Part shown: one piece after another, positions 51,284 through 60,444 of the stretch
Layout of the letters: every line of letters starts with the position of its first letter
Position numbering within the stretch: position 1 is the first letter of the stretch
Source of the DNA: an uncultured Chitinophagaceae bacterium
GTDB lineage: Bacteria > Bacteroidota > Ignavibacteria > UBA10030 > UBA8401
Reading direction: 5' to 3'
Assembly: GCA_964367235.1 (NCBI GenBank)
Contig: CAYIXI010000006.1
Span: 1,269-65,268 of the forward strand
Length of the DNA: 64,000 bases
Notes under the pieces: model-generated
What the model was told of the DNA's origin: nothing
What the model saw: the letters and a program-made list of their open reading frames with translations, nothing else
Databases searched by the model: none
Translations under genes and position numbers: made by a program

Positions 51284-51338
51284 TTTATTTCCATTTTAAT
51301 GAAATTTTGGAGACATATCAAGATTTATTTCCATTTTT
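51284..51338. repeat. 14-bp direct repeat tttatttccatttt (two copies, 41 bp apart) in the fic upstream region
   Basis: Copies at 51284-51297 and 51325-51338. On the minus strand each supplies ATGGAAATAAA at the start of a 12-codon micro-ORF. Confidence 0.8.
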
Positions 51339-51577
51339 CTTTCAATTTCTTGATTTAAATGTTTACGATTCTTTTTCCACTCAAGCAACGAGTTGTTTTG
51401 GATTTTAGTATACAAAACTGATTATTAATATTGAAGAAATTTTATCCTTTCTTAATATTTTTTTCGTTTCGATTTATTATTTGTCCAAATAACTTTTTAA
51501 AATTTACAACTGAAAACCTAATTAAGCAAGAATCAAATAATTGAAACTCGATGTAAATATTCATAATTTTGATTTAA

Positions 51578-52417
51578 ATGTTAGCATCACTTTTTCAAAA
51601 ATCTTATTTAAAACCAAATTGGAAGTTTTCCGTAAATGGAATTATTTGGCGAATTATTTACACCGACTTAAATTTTTTAGTTGGCGAAGATAGAGACATT
51701 GAGAAAAAAAAGGTAACTTTTTTCTGTCTGAATTTAGAAAATGGAAATTTGCTGTGGAAAAATCTTTCAGTCCTCGATGATTGGTGGGTTGGGATTGAAA
51801 AAATTATTGACGACAAAATTATTTTTCACGGATTTAAAAAACCCGATATGCCCGAACACAAAAAAATTATTGTTGCTGATTTGGGAACTGGAAAAATAAT
51901 TTGGCAAAATGATGATTACCCATTTTACTCTGCCAATAAAAATTTTATTTATGCTTACCGCGATTTATTTGAAAGAAGAATTTATTACAAATTAAATTCA
52001 TCAAACGGAGAAATTGTTGAGGAGATAGATGATCTAAACGATGAGATACTACAAAGTAGTTTCAATAAATCTAATAGCAATTTAATTTATCCCGAACCAA
52101 TTTCTTTTTTAGATGACGCAGAGTATTTAAAAATAGTAGAAGGAATTATCCCAAAAGAAAATTTAGTTGGCGAGATTGAATTTGTAATCCTGAACGAAAA
52201 TGCAATTTTTAGTTTTCATAAAAAAAATAAAACCAATCTGCAAAATATTATTATTGTAATAAACCGAAAAGGAGAAATCCTTCACGAAGAAATTCTAACC
52301 GATGAAACCGAATATCCAACACCGGATACTTTTTTTGTAAATTACAAAACTCTTTTTTACATAAAAAATAGAAACACAATTGTTGCTTTACCAATCTTAA
52401 ACAAAGGGAGTAATTAA
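51578..52417 (+). CDS. Hypothetical protein (279 aa, possible beta-propeller/DUF4905-like)
   Basis: Repeated G.LLWK / GKIIWQ blocks; stop overlaps the start of the next gene (TAATG). Confidence 0.5.
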   Translation: MLASLFQKSYLKPNWKFSVNGIIWRIIYTDLNFLVGEDRDIEKKKVTFFCLNLENGNLLWKNLSVLDDWWVGIEKIIDDKIIFHGFKKPDMPEHKKIIVADLGTGKIIWQNDDYPFYSANKNFIYAYRDLFERRIYYKLNSSNGEIVEEIDDLNDEILQSSFNKSNSNLIYPEPISFLDDAEYLKIVEGIIPKENLVGEIEFVILNENAIFSFHKKNKTNLQNIIIVINRKGEILHEEILTDETEYPTPDTFFVNYKTLFYIKNRNTIVALPILNKGSN

Positions 52418-54375
52418 TGGAAACCCTCATTTTTGCTTTGATATTATTGGCTTCTTTAGTTTCATTTTCCAAAAGCAGTTTGAAATTAATTAAACTTTTA
52501 AAACTTGGAAAAAGCGAAAACAGATTTGACCAAATTGGAAAAAGATTCGGTCGCTTTTTTTTAATTGGGCTTGCGCAAAAAAAACTTTTACAAGATCCGA
52601 TTCCGGGAATTCTTCACATAATAATTTTTTGGGGATTTTTGGCTTTATCATTTGCCGCGCTTGAGTCTATAATAGAGGGATTTGTTGCGCAATTTTCATT
52701 TTCATTTCTTGGAACATTTTATAGTGTAATTACTTTCTCGCAAGAATTATTTTGCGCAATTGTAGTTGTCGCAGTCGTTCTATCTTTATGGCGAAGATTT
52801 ATTTCTAAAATTCCAAGATTGCAAGTTGATAAGTACGGAAAAATTGACGCCGCATTAATTTTAGTTTGGATATTTTTTATTGTCTCATCTTTGCTTTTTC
52901 AAAACTCAGCAAGAATATCTCTCGGAGTTTACGAAAGCAATTTAGCGCATCCGATTTCGAAAATTATTTCAGTAATGTTTTCAAATTCAAATCAAACAAT
53001 AATTTATGAAAAAATATTTTGGTGGATTCACATTTCATTAATTTTGGCATTTATGGTTTATCTTCCAAAATCAAAACATTTACATGTGCTGACTTCGTTG
53101 CCAAATGTTTTCTTTTCAAATTTAAAACCGAAAGGTTCACTCAAGCCAATAAATTTAAGTGACGAGACTTTGACAAAATTTGGCGCAACCGATGTTGTTG
53201 ATTTAAACTGGAAACAATTACTCGATGGTTACACTTGCACAGAATGCGGAAGATGTGATTCAGTTTGTCCGGCGAATACAACTGGAAAAAAACTTTCACC
53301 ACGAAAAATTATTGTTGATACTCGACATCGTTCGATGCAACTTGGGCTCGAACCAAATGATGAATTAAAATCGAAAACACTTTTAGATAATTTTATTACT
53401 GAAGATGAACTTTGGGCTTGCACAACTTGTATGGCTTGCGTTTACGAATGCCCTGTGATGATTGAACATGTTGATGAAATTGTTGATTTACGAAGAGGAC
53501 TTGTTTTGAATGAATCCCGTTTCCCAAATGAGTTGCGCGTAACTTTTGAAAATTTAGAACGCAATTTTACGCCGTGGGCTTTCAGTCATTCAACTCGCGC
53601 CGATTGGTCAAACGGTTTAAACATCGCAAAAGCAAGCGAAACAAATGATTTTGATATTTTATTTTGGGTTGGTTGCGCTGGCGCTTACGATGCGCGATAT
53701 CAAAAAGTTACAAAAGCTTTTTCATCTCTCATGCAAAAAGCAAATATAAAATTTGCAATTCTTGGTGTTGAAGAAAAATGTACTGGCGATGCTCCGCGAA
53801 GAATGGGAAACGAATACTTGGCGCAAACTTTGATGATGGAAAATATTGATACGATGAATCGCTACAAAATTAAAAAAATTGTTACAACTTGTCCGCACTG
53901 TTTTCATTCACTTGCAAAAGAATATCCGCAGTTTGGCGGAAACTTCGAAGTAATTCATCACACCGATTTTTTAATGGGACTTGTAAAAACTGGCGCACTT
54001 AAAATATCAAAATCAAAACAGGCAACTATAACTTATCACGATTCTTGTTATCTTGCCAGATACAACGATGTTGTTGAATCGCCTCGTGAGGTTTTGAAAT
54101 CAATTCCAGAATTAAAAATTGTTGAGATGCCTCGCTCGAAACAAAAAGGATTTTGCTGTGGCGCAGGTGGTGGAAGAATGTGGATGGAAGAAAAAGAAGG
54201 AAAGAGAATTAACATCGAACGCACCGAAGAAGCGCTCGCAACAAATGCCGATACAATAGGAACGGCTTGCCCATTTTGTTTAACAATGATGAATGACGGA
54301 GTGAAAGCAAAAGAAGCAAGCGAAAAAGTTCAAGTTAAAGATATTGCAGAAATTTTATTAGAAGTTATCGAATAA
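52417..54375 (+). CDS. Membrane-bound Fe-S oxidoreductase (HdrE/NarI-like b-type cytochrome domain fused to HdrD/DsrK-like domain with two [4Fe-4S] motifs and two CCG domains)
   Basis: Six N-terminal TM helices with conserved His; CTECGRCDSVCP and CTTCMACVYECP ferredoxin motifs; CCG motifs including GFCCGAGGG. Confidence 0.8.
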   Translation: METLIFALILLASLVSFSKSSLKLIKLLKLGKSENRFDQIGKRFGRFFLIGLAQKKLLQDPIPGILHIIIFWGFLALSFAALESIIEGFVAQFSFSFLGTFYSVITFSQELFCAIVVVAVVLSLWRRFISKIPRLQVDKYGKIDAALILVWIFFIVSSLLFQNSARISLGVYESNLAHPISKIISVMFSNSNQTIIYEKIFWWIHISLILAFMVYLPKSKHLHVLTSLPNVFFSNLKPKGSLKPINLSDETLTKFGATDVVDLNWKQLLDGYTCTECGRCDSVCPANTTGKKLSPRKIIVDTRHRSMQLGLEPNDELKSKTLLDNFITEDELWACTTCMACVYECPVMIEHVDEIVDLRRGLVLNESRFPNELRVTFENLERNFTPWAFSHSTRADWSNGLNIAKASETNDFDILFWVGCAGAYDARYQKVTKAFSSLMQKANIKFAILGVEEKCTGDAPRRMGNEYLAQTLMMENIDTMNRYKIKKIVTTCPHCFHSLAKEYPQFGGNFEVIHHTDFLMGLVKTGALKISKSKQATITYHDSCYLARYNDVVESPREVLKSIPELKIVEMPRSKQKGFCCGAGGGRMWMEEKEGKRINIERTEEALATNADTIGTACPFCLTMMNDGVKAKEASEKVQVKDIAEILLEVIE

Positions 54376-54393
54376 TTAATCACGGAGAAAAAA

Positions 54394-54594
54394 ATGGCAT
54401 TTCATGTAATTGTTACAAAATTTTTAGATGTTCCAAAAAATATTTTTGTTGAAACTTATGATAGCGAAGATATTGCAATCAGCATTGCAAAAGAAAAAGT
54501 AATTGCGCTTGATGCAAGTTACGCTGTTGTGGTGAAAGTAGAAAACGGTATTTCAAAAGTTGCCCACCGTTTTGAGCCGATTAAAAAAGCTTAG
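54394..54594 (+). CDS. Small hypothetical protein (66 aa)
   Basis: ORF 19 nt after the Fe-S oxidoreductase, preceded by GGAGAAAAAAATG. Confidence 0.4.
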   Translation: MAFHVIVTKFLDVPKNIFVETYDSEDIAISIAKEKVIALDASYAVVVKVENGISKVAHRFEPIKKA

Positions 54595-54632
54595 TTATTG
54601 GTTTTAAATAAATCGAAAATTAAAATTGCAAA

Positions 54633-55688
54633 TCAAAACAAATTATCTTGATTTAATTTTCTTTTATTTATTTTGAAATGTTTGTAAGCAAGTTCGGTTG
54701 CTTCTCTTCCGCGCGGAGTTCGTTTTAAAAATCCCTCTTGGATTAAAAATGGTTCGTAGACTTCTTCAATCGTTCCAGATTCTTCGCTAACTGCGGCAGA
54801 AATTGTTCCAACTCCGACAGGTCCGCCATTATATTTTTCAATTATTGTTAAAAGAATTTTTTTATCCATTTCATCAAAACCATTGCTATCAACCTGCAAT
54901 GCTTCGAGAGAATAATCGGCAACTTCTTTTGTAATAATTCCATCAAAGTGAGAAAGTTTTTTATCGACTTGCGCAAAATCTCTGCATCGTTTCAATAATC
55001 TATTTGCAATTCTTGGAGTGCCACGCGAGCGACGAGAAATTTCATTTGCGCCATCAGTTGTGATTTCAATTCCTAAAAGTTTTGCGGAACGATTTACAAT
55101 TTTTAAAAGTTGGTCGGGAGAATAATAATCTAAACGATTTGAAACGCCGAAGCGCGCACGAAGTGGAGAAGTTAATAAACCAGCGCGAGTTGTTGCGCCG
55201 ACTAATGTAAATTTTGGAAGTTCAATTTGAATTGAGCGCGCGTTTGGACCAGAGTCAACCATAATATCCAAATGAAATTCTTCCATTGCGGGATAAAGAT
55301 ATTCCTCAACAACTGAATTGAGTCGATGAATTTCATCTATAAATAAAACATCGCCATCACTTAAATTTGTGAGAATTCCAGCCAAGTCTCCCGGTTTATC
55401 TAAAACTGGACCGGAAGTAATTTTCATTCTCGAGCCGAGTTCGCGTGCAATAATATATGCGATAGTAGTTTTTCCAAGCCCCGGTGGACCTGTTAGCAAA
55501 ACATGGTCGAGAGGTTCTTTTCTTTTTTTTGCGGCGGCAATAAAAATTTTTAGATTATCAATTATTGATTTCTGTCCAACGAATTCAGAAAAATCATTCG
55601 GACGAAGTGCGTTGTCAAATTCTTTTTCTTCTTGATTTTGAACTGGGATTGAAATTTCTGATTGACGAACTTTTTTTTCTTTTGCCAT
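54633..55688 (-). CDS. ruvB: Holliday junction ATP-dependent DNA helicase RuvB
   Basis: Walker [10 protein letters not shown], Walker [10 protein letters not shown], sensor and winged-helix C-terminus. The track extends to 55709; the likely start is MAKEKK at 55688. Confidence 0.9.
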   Translation of the reverse strand: MAKEKKVRQSEISIPVQNQEEKEFDNALRPNDFSEFVGQKSIIDNLKIFIAAAKKRKEPLDHVLLTGPPGLGKTTIAYIIARELGSRMKITSGPVLDKPGDLAGILTNLSDGDVLFIDEIHRLNSVVEEYLYPAMEEFHLDIMVDSGPNARSIQIELPKFTLVGATTRAGLLTSPLRARFGVSNRLDYYSPDQLLKIVNRSAKLLGIEITTDGANEISRRSRGTPRIANRLLKRCRDFAQVDKKLSHFDGIITKEVADYSLEALQVDSNGFDEMDKKILLTIIEKYNGGPVGVGTISAAVSEESGTIEEVYEPFLIQEGFLKRTPRGREATELAYKHFKINKRKLNQDNLF

Positions 55689-56671
55689 TATTTTGAAATT
55701 GATTCCCAAAATTTAATTACAAGTTCATCTAATCCAAATCTGGTTGCAGAGGAAATAAAATTTTTCTTAATTAGTTTTCCGATTTTTATTTTTTTCAACT
55801 TATTTAATTCTTTTTCAGTAAGCAAATCGCACTTTGTAAAAACAATTATTTTTTTTCTTGTAAGCAAATCTTTATTGTAAGTAAAAAGTTCATTTTGCAA
55901 AATCTCAAAATCATTAATCGGATTTTCGCTTGTAGATTCAATCATAAATGCCAATACTTTTGTTCGCTCAATGTGGCGAAGGAATTGAATTCCGAGACCT
56001 TTGCCTTCGTGCGCACCTTCAATTAAACCTGGGATATCGGCAACGACAAAACTTTTGTGTTCTTTAAAATAAACCATTCCCAAATTTGGCGCAAGAGTTG
56101 TAAAAGGATAATTTGCAATTTTTGGTTTTGCCGCAGAGATTGATGCAATCAAAGTTGACTTGCCAACATTCGGGAAACCAACAAGCGCAACATCTGCTAA
56201 AAGTTTTAATTCGAGTTCGAGATTTTTTTCTAAACCTTCTTCTCCGGGAGTGCAATATCTTGGAGCTTGATTGCTCGAAGTTGCAAAATTTGTATTTCCT
56301 TTTCCGCCGCGTCCACCTTTTAAAATTATAAATTGCTGTTTGTCTTCGGTTAAATCTACAATTAATTCTTTTGTAAGTGCATCGCGCAAAATTGTTCCGC
56401 ACGGAACTTTAATTAAAGTATGTTTTGCCGATCTTCCTTCGCAGTTCGATCCTTCGCCGGGGTTTCCATCTTTTGCGACATATCTTCTTTTGTATCGAAA
56501 ATCTAAAAGCGTGGTCAGTTGTCTGTTCGCTTCTATTATAATGTCACCACCTCGTCCGCCATCACCGCCATCAGGTCCACCTTTTGGAATAAATTTTTCC
56601 CTTCGCCAATGGATAACTCCATTTCCGCCTTTGCCGGATCGTACAAATATTTTTGCTGAGTCAATAAACAT
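55688..56671 (-). CDS. obg: GTPase Obg/CgtA
   Basis: Obg fold glycine-rich N-terminus (GKGGNGV, GGDGG), G-domain [13 protein letters not shown]. Confidence 0.9.
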   Translation of the reverse strand: MFIDSAKIFVRSGKGGNGVIHWRREKFIPKGGPDGGDGGRGGDIIIEANRQLTTLLDFRYKRRYVAKDGNPGEGSNCEGRSAKHTLIKVPCGTILRDALTKELIVDLTEDKQQFIILKGGRGGKGNTNFATSSNQAPRYCTPGEEGLEKNLELELKLLADVALVGFPNVGKSTLIASISAAKPKIANYPFTTLAPNLGMVYFKEHKSFVVADIPGLIEGAHEGKGLGIQFLRHIERTKVLAFMIESTSENPINDFEILQNELFTYNKDLLTRKKIIVFTKCDLLTEKELNKLKKIKIGKLIKKNFISSATRFGLDELVIKFWESISK

Positions 56672-57739
56672 TTAGTCTTTTCTTAAAATTTTATATCTAT
56701 TTAAAATTGTTTGATAAAAAAAAATGGCATCAGAGTTGTTGATATTGATACCGTTAACTGCAAAATACTCACGAATCATCTCATCGGCAAGTTTTTCGTT
56801 TTCCGATTTAAAAATATCCGCAATAAAATCTTTCATTTCGTTTTCATTATCCGAAAAAAATTTTTGTTTGATTTTCGTTTCCATTGCCAAATCAAATAAA
56901 GGGGGAAGTGGCGTAGAAATTTTGTTCAAAATTTGATTAGAATTTAAATCCTCAAGCGAAGTGTATTCTAATTTTTCGCTAAAATTGCAATTGGAAAGCA
57001 AATCGCTAAATTTTTCAAAAATAATGATTTCGTTTCCATTTTTTCTTTCATTTTCCAAATGATTGACAATGCTTTTTATCCCTTTTTCGTTGAAAAAATA
57101 TTCCAAAGCGCGAATTGGGATTTTAATTGCATCATTTTTAAATGACGAAAATGCGATAAAATCAAAAATCGGCTGAGCAAGTTGTAAAAAATCGCTTGTT
57201 TTATAATCCTTTAAAATTTCCTCGTCAATTCTGCGTAAAAAAAATTCACATTCACTTCGCGATAAATCTTTTTTCTTATTTATTTCAAGCAATTTTATGA
57301 TGATTTTTAAAAGATATTCATAATTTGAAAATTTTTTCGATAGTAATTTTACCGCTGAAATATCAATCAAATTTGATGATTGAAAAAACAGATTTAAAAT
57401 TGTCCAATGTGGACGGCAGAGAAAATTAAAGTAAAAAATGATGCTATTTTCAAGGCTGTTTTCAAATTCTTTTTGCGTGAAAATGTATTCTAAAATCAAT
57501 ATTTTTTCAGCCTGTTTTTCGAGCGCAATTACAATGGAATTTTCTTGGTCAAAATTATTATTGATTTGCAATGATTTTTTTTCATCGCATAATTGCTTGT
57601 AAATTTGAGCGTAAAAATAATTTTTAATTCCTATTGGAATATCAGACTCTTTTATTGTTTTATAATCGATTGAATTGCTTTGATAAATCGTATTATTTTT
57701 AACACGATTAAATATTAATTTTATTTCTTTTTCGAACAT
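56672..57739 (-). CDS. Hypothetical protein (355 aa, cytoplasmic, Lys/Glu/Phe-rich; no recognisable domain)
   Basis: ORF immediately downstream of obg, same strand, 0-nt spacer; followed by a 359-bp AT-rich non-coding region. Confidence 0.5.
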   Translation of the reverse strand: MFEKEIKLIFNRVKNNTIYQSNSIDYKTIKESDIPIGIKNYFYAQIYKQLCDEKKSLQINNNFDQENSIVIALEKQAEKILILEYIFTQKEFENSLENSIIFYFNFLCRPHWTILNLFFQSSNLIDISAVKLLSKKFSNYEYLLKIIIKLLEINKKKDLSRSECEFFLRRIDEEILKDYKTSDFLQLAQPIFDFIAFSSFKNDAIKIPIRALEYFFNEKGIKSIVNHLENERKNGNEIIIFEKFSDLLSNCNFSEKLEYTSLEDLNSNQILNKISTPLPPLFDLAMETKIKQKFFSDNENEMKDFIADIFKSENEKLADEMIREYFAVNGININNSDAIFFYQTILNRYKILRKD

Positions 57740-57995
57740 TGATTTTATTGAATGAAATTTATTAATTAAAAATAACTTTTATTTTCAACTCAATCAAGCG
57801 ATAAAAAAATATTTTTTATAATTTTACGAAAAATCTATTTTATAGATTTATTCGAATCATTTAATTTTAATTTTAGATTTATCTTTTAAGTCATTGATTA
57901 ATAAAAAGTTAATAATTTTCTACAATAAATAAACAAATCTTATAATCTCCTTTATTTTCAACCTATTTTAAGCATAAAAAAAACATTGAAAACAC

Positions 57996-58024
57996 TTGCT
58001 TTTTTCAAAGTAGGTTTATATATT
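57996..58024 (+). promoter_or_regulatory. Sigma-70-like promoter for the HU gene: TTGCTT-N17-TATATT
   Basis: -35 TTGCTT at 57996-58001 and -10 TATATT at 58019-58024; a downstream 5'UTR hairpin at 58042-58065 and a strong SD AAGGAGG at 58085-58091. Confidence 0.5.
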
Positions 58025-58098
58025 TTAGCACCAAACAACGCGGACTAAACAAAAATTGTTTGTCCGAATTTACTCAATAATTTCAAGGAGGTAGTTTT

Positions 58099-58383
58099 AT
58101 GGGTAGCTCAATGTCAAAAGCACAAATTGTAGCACACTTTGCGGACAAATATGGTTGGAAAAAAGTTGAAGTCGCGCGATTCTTCGAAGATTTTGCAACG
58201 CTTGCTTACAAAGAAGCCGCAAATCAATTTACAATTCCAGGAATTGGAAAACTTGTAATGAAAGATCGTAAAGAAAGACAAGGACGAAATCCAAAAACTG
58301 GCGAATCAATTACAATTTCGGCACGACGCGTTTTAAAATTCCGTGTTGCAAAAGCTGCAAAAGATGCAGTTTTAAAAAAATAA
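58099..58383 (+). CDS. hup: DNA-binding protein HU
   Basis: 94 aa; HU arm GRNPKTGE..I, FTIPGIGKL; consensus SD 7 nt upstream. Confidence 0.85.
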   Translation: MGSSMSKAQIVAHFADKYGWKKVEVARFFEDFATLAYKEAANQFTIPGIGKLVMKDRKERQGRNPKTGESITISARRVLKFRVAKAAKDAVLKK

Positions 58384-58403
58384 TTTATTTTAAGTTTGTT
58401 TTC

Positions 58404-58438
58404 AAATCCCTGCACCAAAAGTGTGGGGATTTTTGTTT
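58404..58438 (+). terminator. Rho-independent terminator after the HU gene
   Basis: 10-bp stem ATCCCTGCAC/GTGTGGGGAT (two G-U pairs) followed by TTTTGTTTT. Confidence 0.6.
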
Positions 58439-58527
58439 TAAAATAGTTTAAAATTTTTGCAATTTTAATTAAAAAAAAATAATTCTCAAATTTTTTTTCA
58501 AAAAATAAAATTGTATATTAGCACTCG

Positions 58528-58977
58528 ATGAAAATACGAAACTTCTTAATTATACTCATCGGGCTCTCGGTTGGAACTGCAATTGGAATTGGTAGTTATA
58601 CATTTCTTTACGCCAAAGGTTCATCTTATTTAACAAACGATCCGCAATCTTGTGCGAATTGCCATGTAATGAAAGAGCAATTTGACGGATGGATAAAATC
58701 AAGCCATCGAAATGTTGCCACTTGCAACGATTGCCATACACCGCAAGGAATTATTCCGAAATATGCTACAAAACTTTCAAATGGTTTTTGGCATTCTTAC
58801 GCTTTTACCACTGGCGATTTTAAAGATCCGATTCAAATCAAATTGCGAAATAAAGAGGTGCTTAAAAGCGCTTGCCGAAAATGTCACGCAGAAATTATTC
58901 AAGCAATCGATACTCATTCGAACGAATCCAATATGTCTGATTGCATATCTTGTCATAACACCGTAGGTCATTTATAA
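58528..58977 (+). CDS. nrfH: Cytochrome c nitrite reductase small subunit NrfH (NapC/NirT tetraheme quinol dehydrogenase)
   Basis: N-terminal TM helix plus four CxxCH (CANCH, CNDCH, CRKCH, CISCH). Confidence 0.85.
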   Translation: MKIRNFLIILIGLSVGTAIGIGSYTFLYAKGSSYLTNDPQSCANCHVMKEQFDGWIKSSHRNVATCNDCHTPQGIIPKYATKLSNGFWHSYAFTTGDFKDPIQIKLRNKEVLKSACRKCHAEIIQAIDTHSNESNMSDCISCHNTVGHL

Positions 58978-60377
58978 TGAAAAAAAATATTACCGAAACT
59001 CCTCAAAATCAAAAAAAATCTTCATCAATTAAATTGATTATTACAACAGCAGTTGTAACTGCAGTTGTTGCAATTGGTGTAATTTCTCTTTTAATAAATA
59101 TTATTGAAAGAAAACAAGAAGGAAAAAATTTATTTTACAAAGTTGTAGAATTAACCGATTCAACTGACGACGCTTCATTGTGGGGAAAAAATTTTCCACT
59201 TCAATATGATGATTATTTAAAAACAGTCGATCAAGTCCGAACAAAATTTGGTGGAAGCGAAGCAGTTCCTCGCACGCCAACAAATGCCGATCCTCGTTCG
59301 ATTGTTGCGCAATCAAAACTTGAAGAAGATCCGCGACTTGTTACAATTTGGAATGGATATGCTTTCGCAAAAGATTTTCGTGAAGAGCGAGGTCACGCAT
59401 TTATGCTTGAGGATCAAACTTACACTGAAAGACAAATTGTAGTAAAGCAACCTGGAGCTTGTATGCATTGTCACGGTTCGGTTTATGCTCCATATAAAAA
59501 ACTTGGTGGTGGAGATTTAATTAAAGGTTTTGAGGCGATGAATCAAATGCCATACAGCGAAGCGCGAAAACTTGTTAAACATCCAGTAACTTGTATTGAT
59601 TGCCACGACTCCGAAACTATGCAATTAAGAATTACTCGTTCTGGTTTTATCGAAGGAATAAAATCTTTTAAATCTTCAGAAGGAATTGAAAATTACGATG
59701 TCAATAAAATGGCAACTCGACAAGAGATGCGTTCGTATGTTTGCGGTCAATGTCATGTTGAATATTATTTTAAAGGAAAAGAAAAACGATTGGTGTATCC
59801 TTGGAAAAATGGTTTGAAAGTAGAAGAGATTTATAAATATTATGAAGAAGAAAAACATAAAGATTGGACACATAAAGTTACTGGCGCAAATGTTTTAAAA
59901 GCTCAACATCCCGAGTTTGAATTGTGGTCGCAAGGAATTCACTCTCGCAGTGGAGTAAGTTGCGCCGATTGCCACATGCCTTATAAAAGAGTTGGTGCGA
60001 TGAAAATCAGCGACCATCATGTTCGAAGTCCTCTTTTAAATATTAACAAGGCGTGTCAAACTTGTCACAGATGGAGCGAAGAAGAATTAAAATCTCGAGT
60101 TGAAAATATTCAGGAAAAAAATTATTCTCTTCGTAATTCAGCAATGGATGCATTGGTTGATTTAATAAGCGATGTCAAAATTTGGCGCACAAAAAATGTC
60201 GATACAACTCGTCTTGTAAAAGTTTACAGTTTTCAACGACAAGCACAATTTTATTTAGATTTTGTTGAAGCAGAAAATTCATCTGGTTTCCACGCGCCAC
60301 AAGAGGCGGCAAGAATTCTTGGTGAGTCAATTAATTACTCTCGTCAAGGTCAACTTGCATTGAGAGATTTGAAATGA
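58977..60377 (+). CDS. nrfA: Cytochrome c552 nitrite reductase NrfA (pentaheme; all five motifs CxxCH)
   Basis: Signal-anchor N-terminus; CMHCH, CIDCH, CGQCH, CADCH, CQTCH. The start overlaps the nrfH stop (ATAATG). Confidence 0.85.
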   Translation: MKKNITETPQNQKKSSSIKLIITTAVVTAVVAIGVISLLINIIERKQEGKNLFYKVVELTDSTDDASLWGKNFPLQYDDYLKTVDQVRTKFGGSEAVPRTPTNADPRSIVAQSKLEEDPRLVTIWNGYAFAKDFREERGHAFMLEDQTYTERQIVVKQPGACMHCHGSVYAPYKKLGGGDLIKGFEAMNQMPYSEARKLVKHPVTCIDCHDSETMQLRITRSGFIEGIKSFKSSEGIENYDVNKMATRQEMRSYVCGQCHVEYYFKGKEKRLVYPWKNGLKVEEIYKYYEEEKHKDWTHKVTGANVLKAQHPEFELWSQGIHSRSGVSCADCHMPYKRVGAMKISDHHVRSPLLNINKACQTCHRWSEEELKSRVENIQEKNYSLRNSAMDALVDLISDVKIWRTKNVDTTRLVKVYSFQRQAQFYLDFVEAENSSGFHAPQEAARILGESINYSRQGQLALRDLK

Positions 60378-60398
60378 ATAATTTTTCTCCACAATTAA

Positions 60399-60430
60399 AA
60401 AACCTGATTTTTTTGAATCAGGTTTTTTTA
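60399..60430 (+). terminator. Rho-independent terminator after nrfA
   Basis: 11-bp perfect stem AAAACCTGATT / AATCAGGTTTT, loop TTTTTG, then a T7 tract. Confidence 0.75.
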
Positions 60431-60444
60431 TAAATGAAAGTTAA

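Noticed and set aside
58517-58525. TTAGCACTC, the left half of the CIRCE heat-shock operator, immediately upstream of nrfH.
   Set aside because: There is no GAGTGCTAA partner 9 nt downstream. It is a single half-site, most likely chance.
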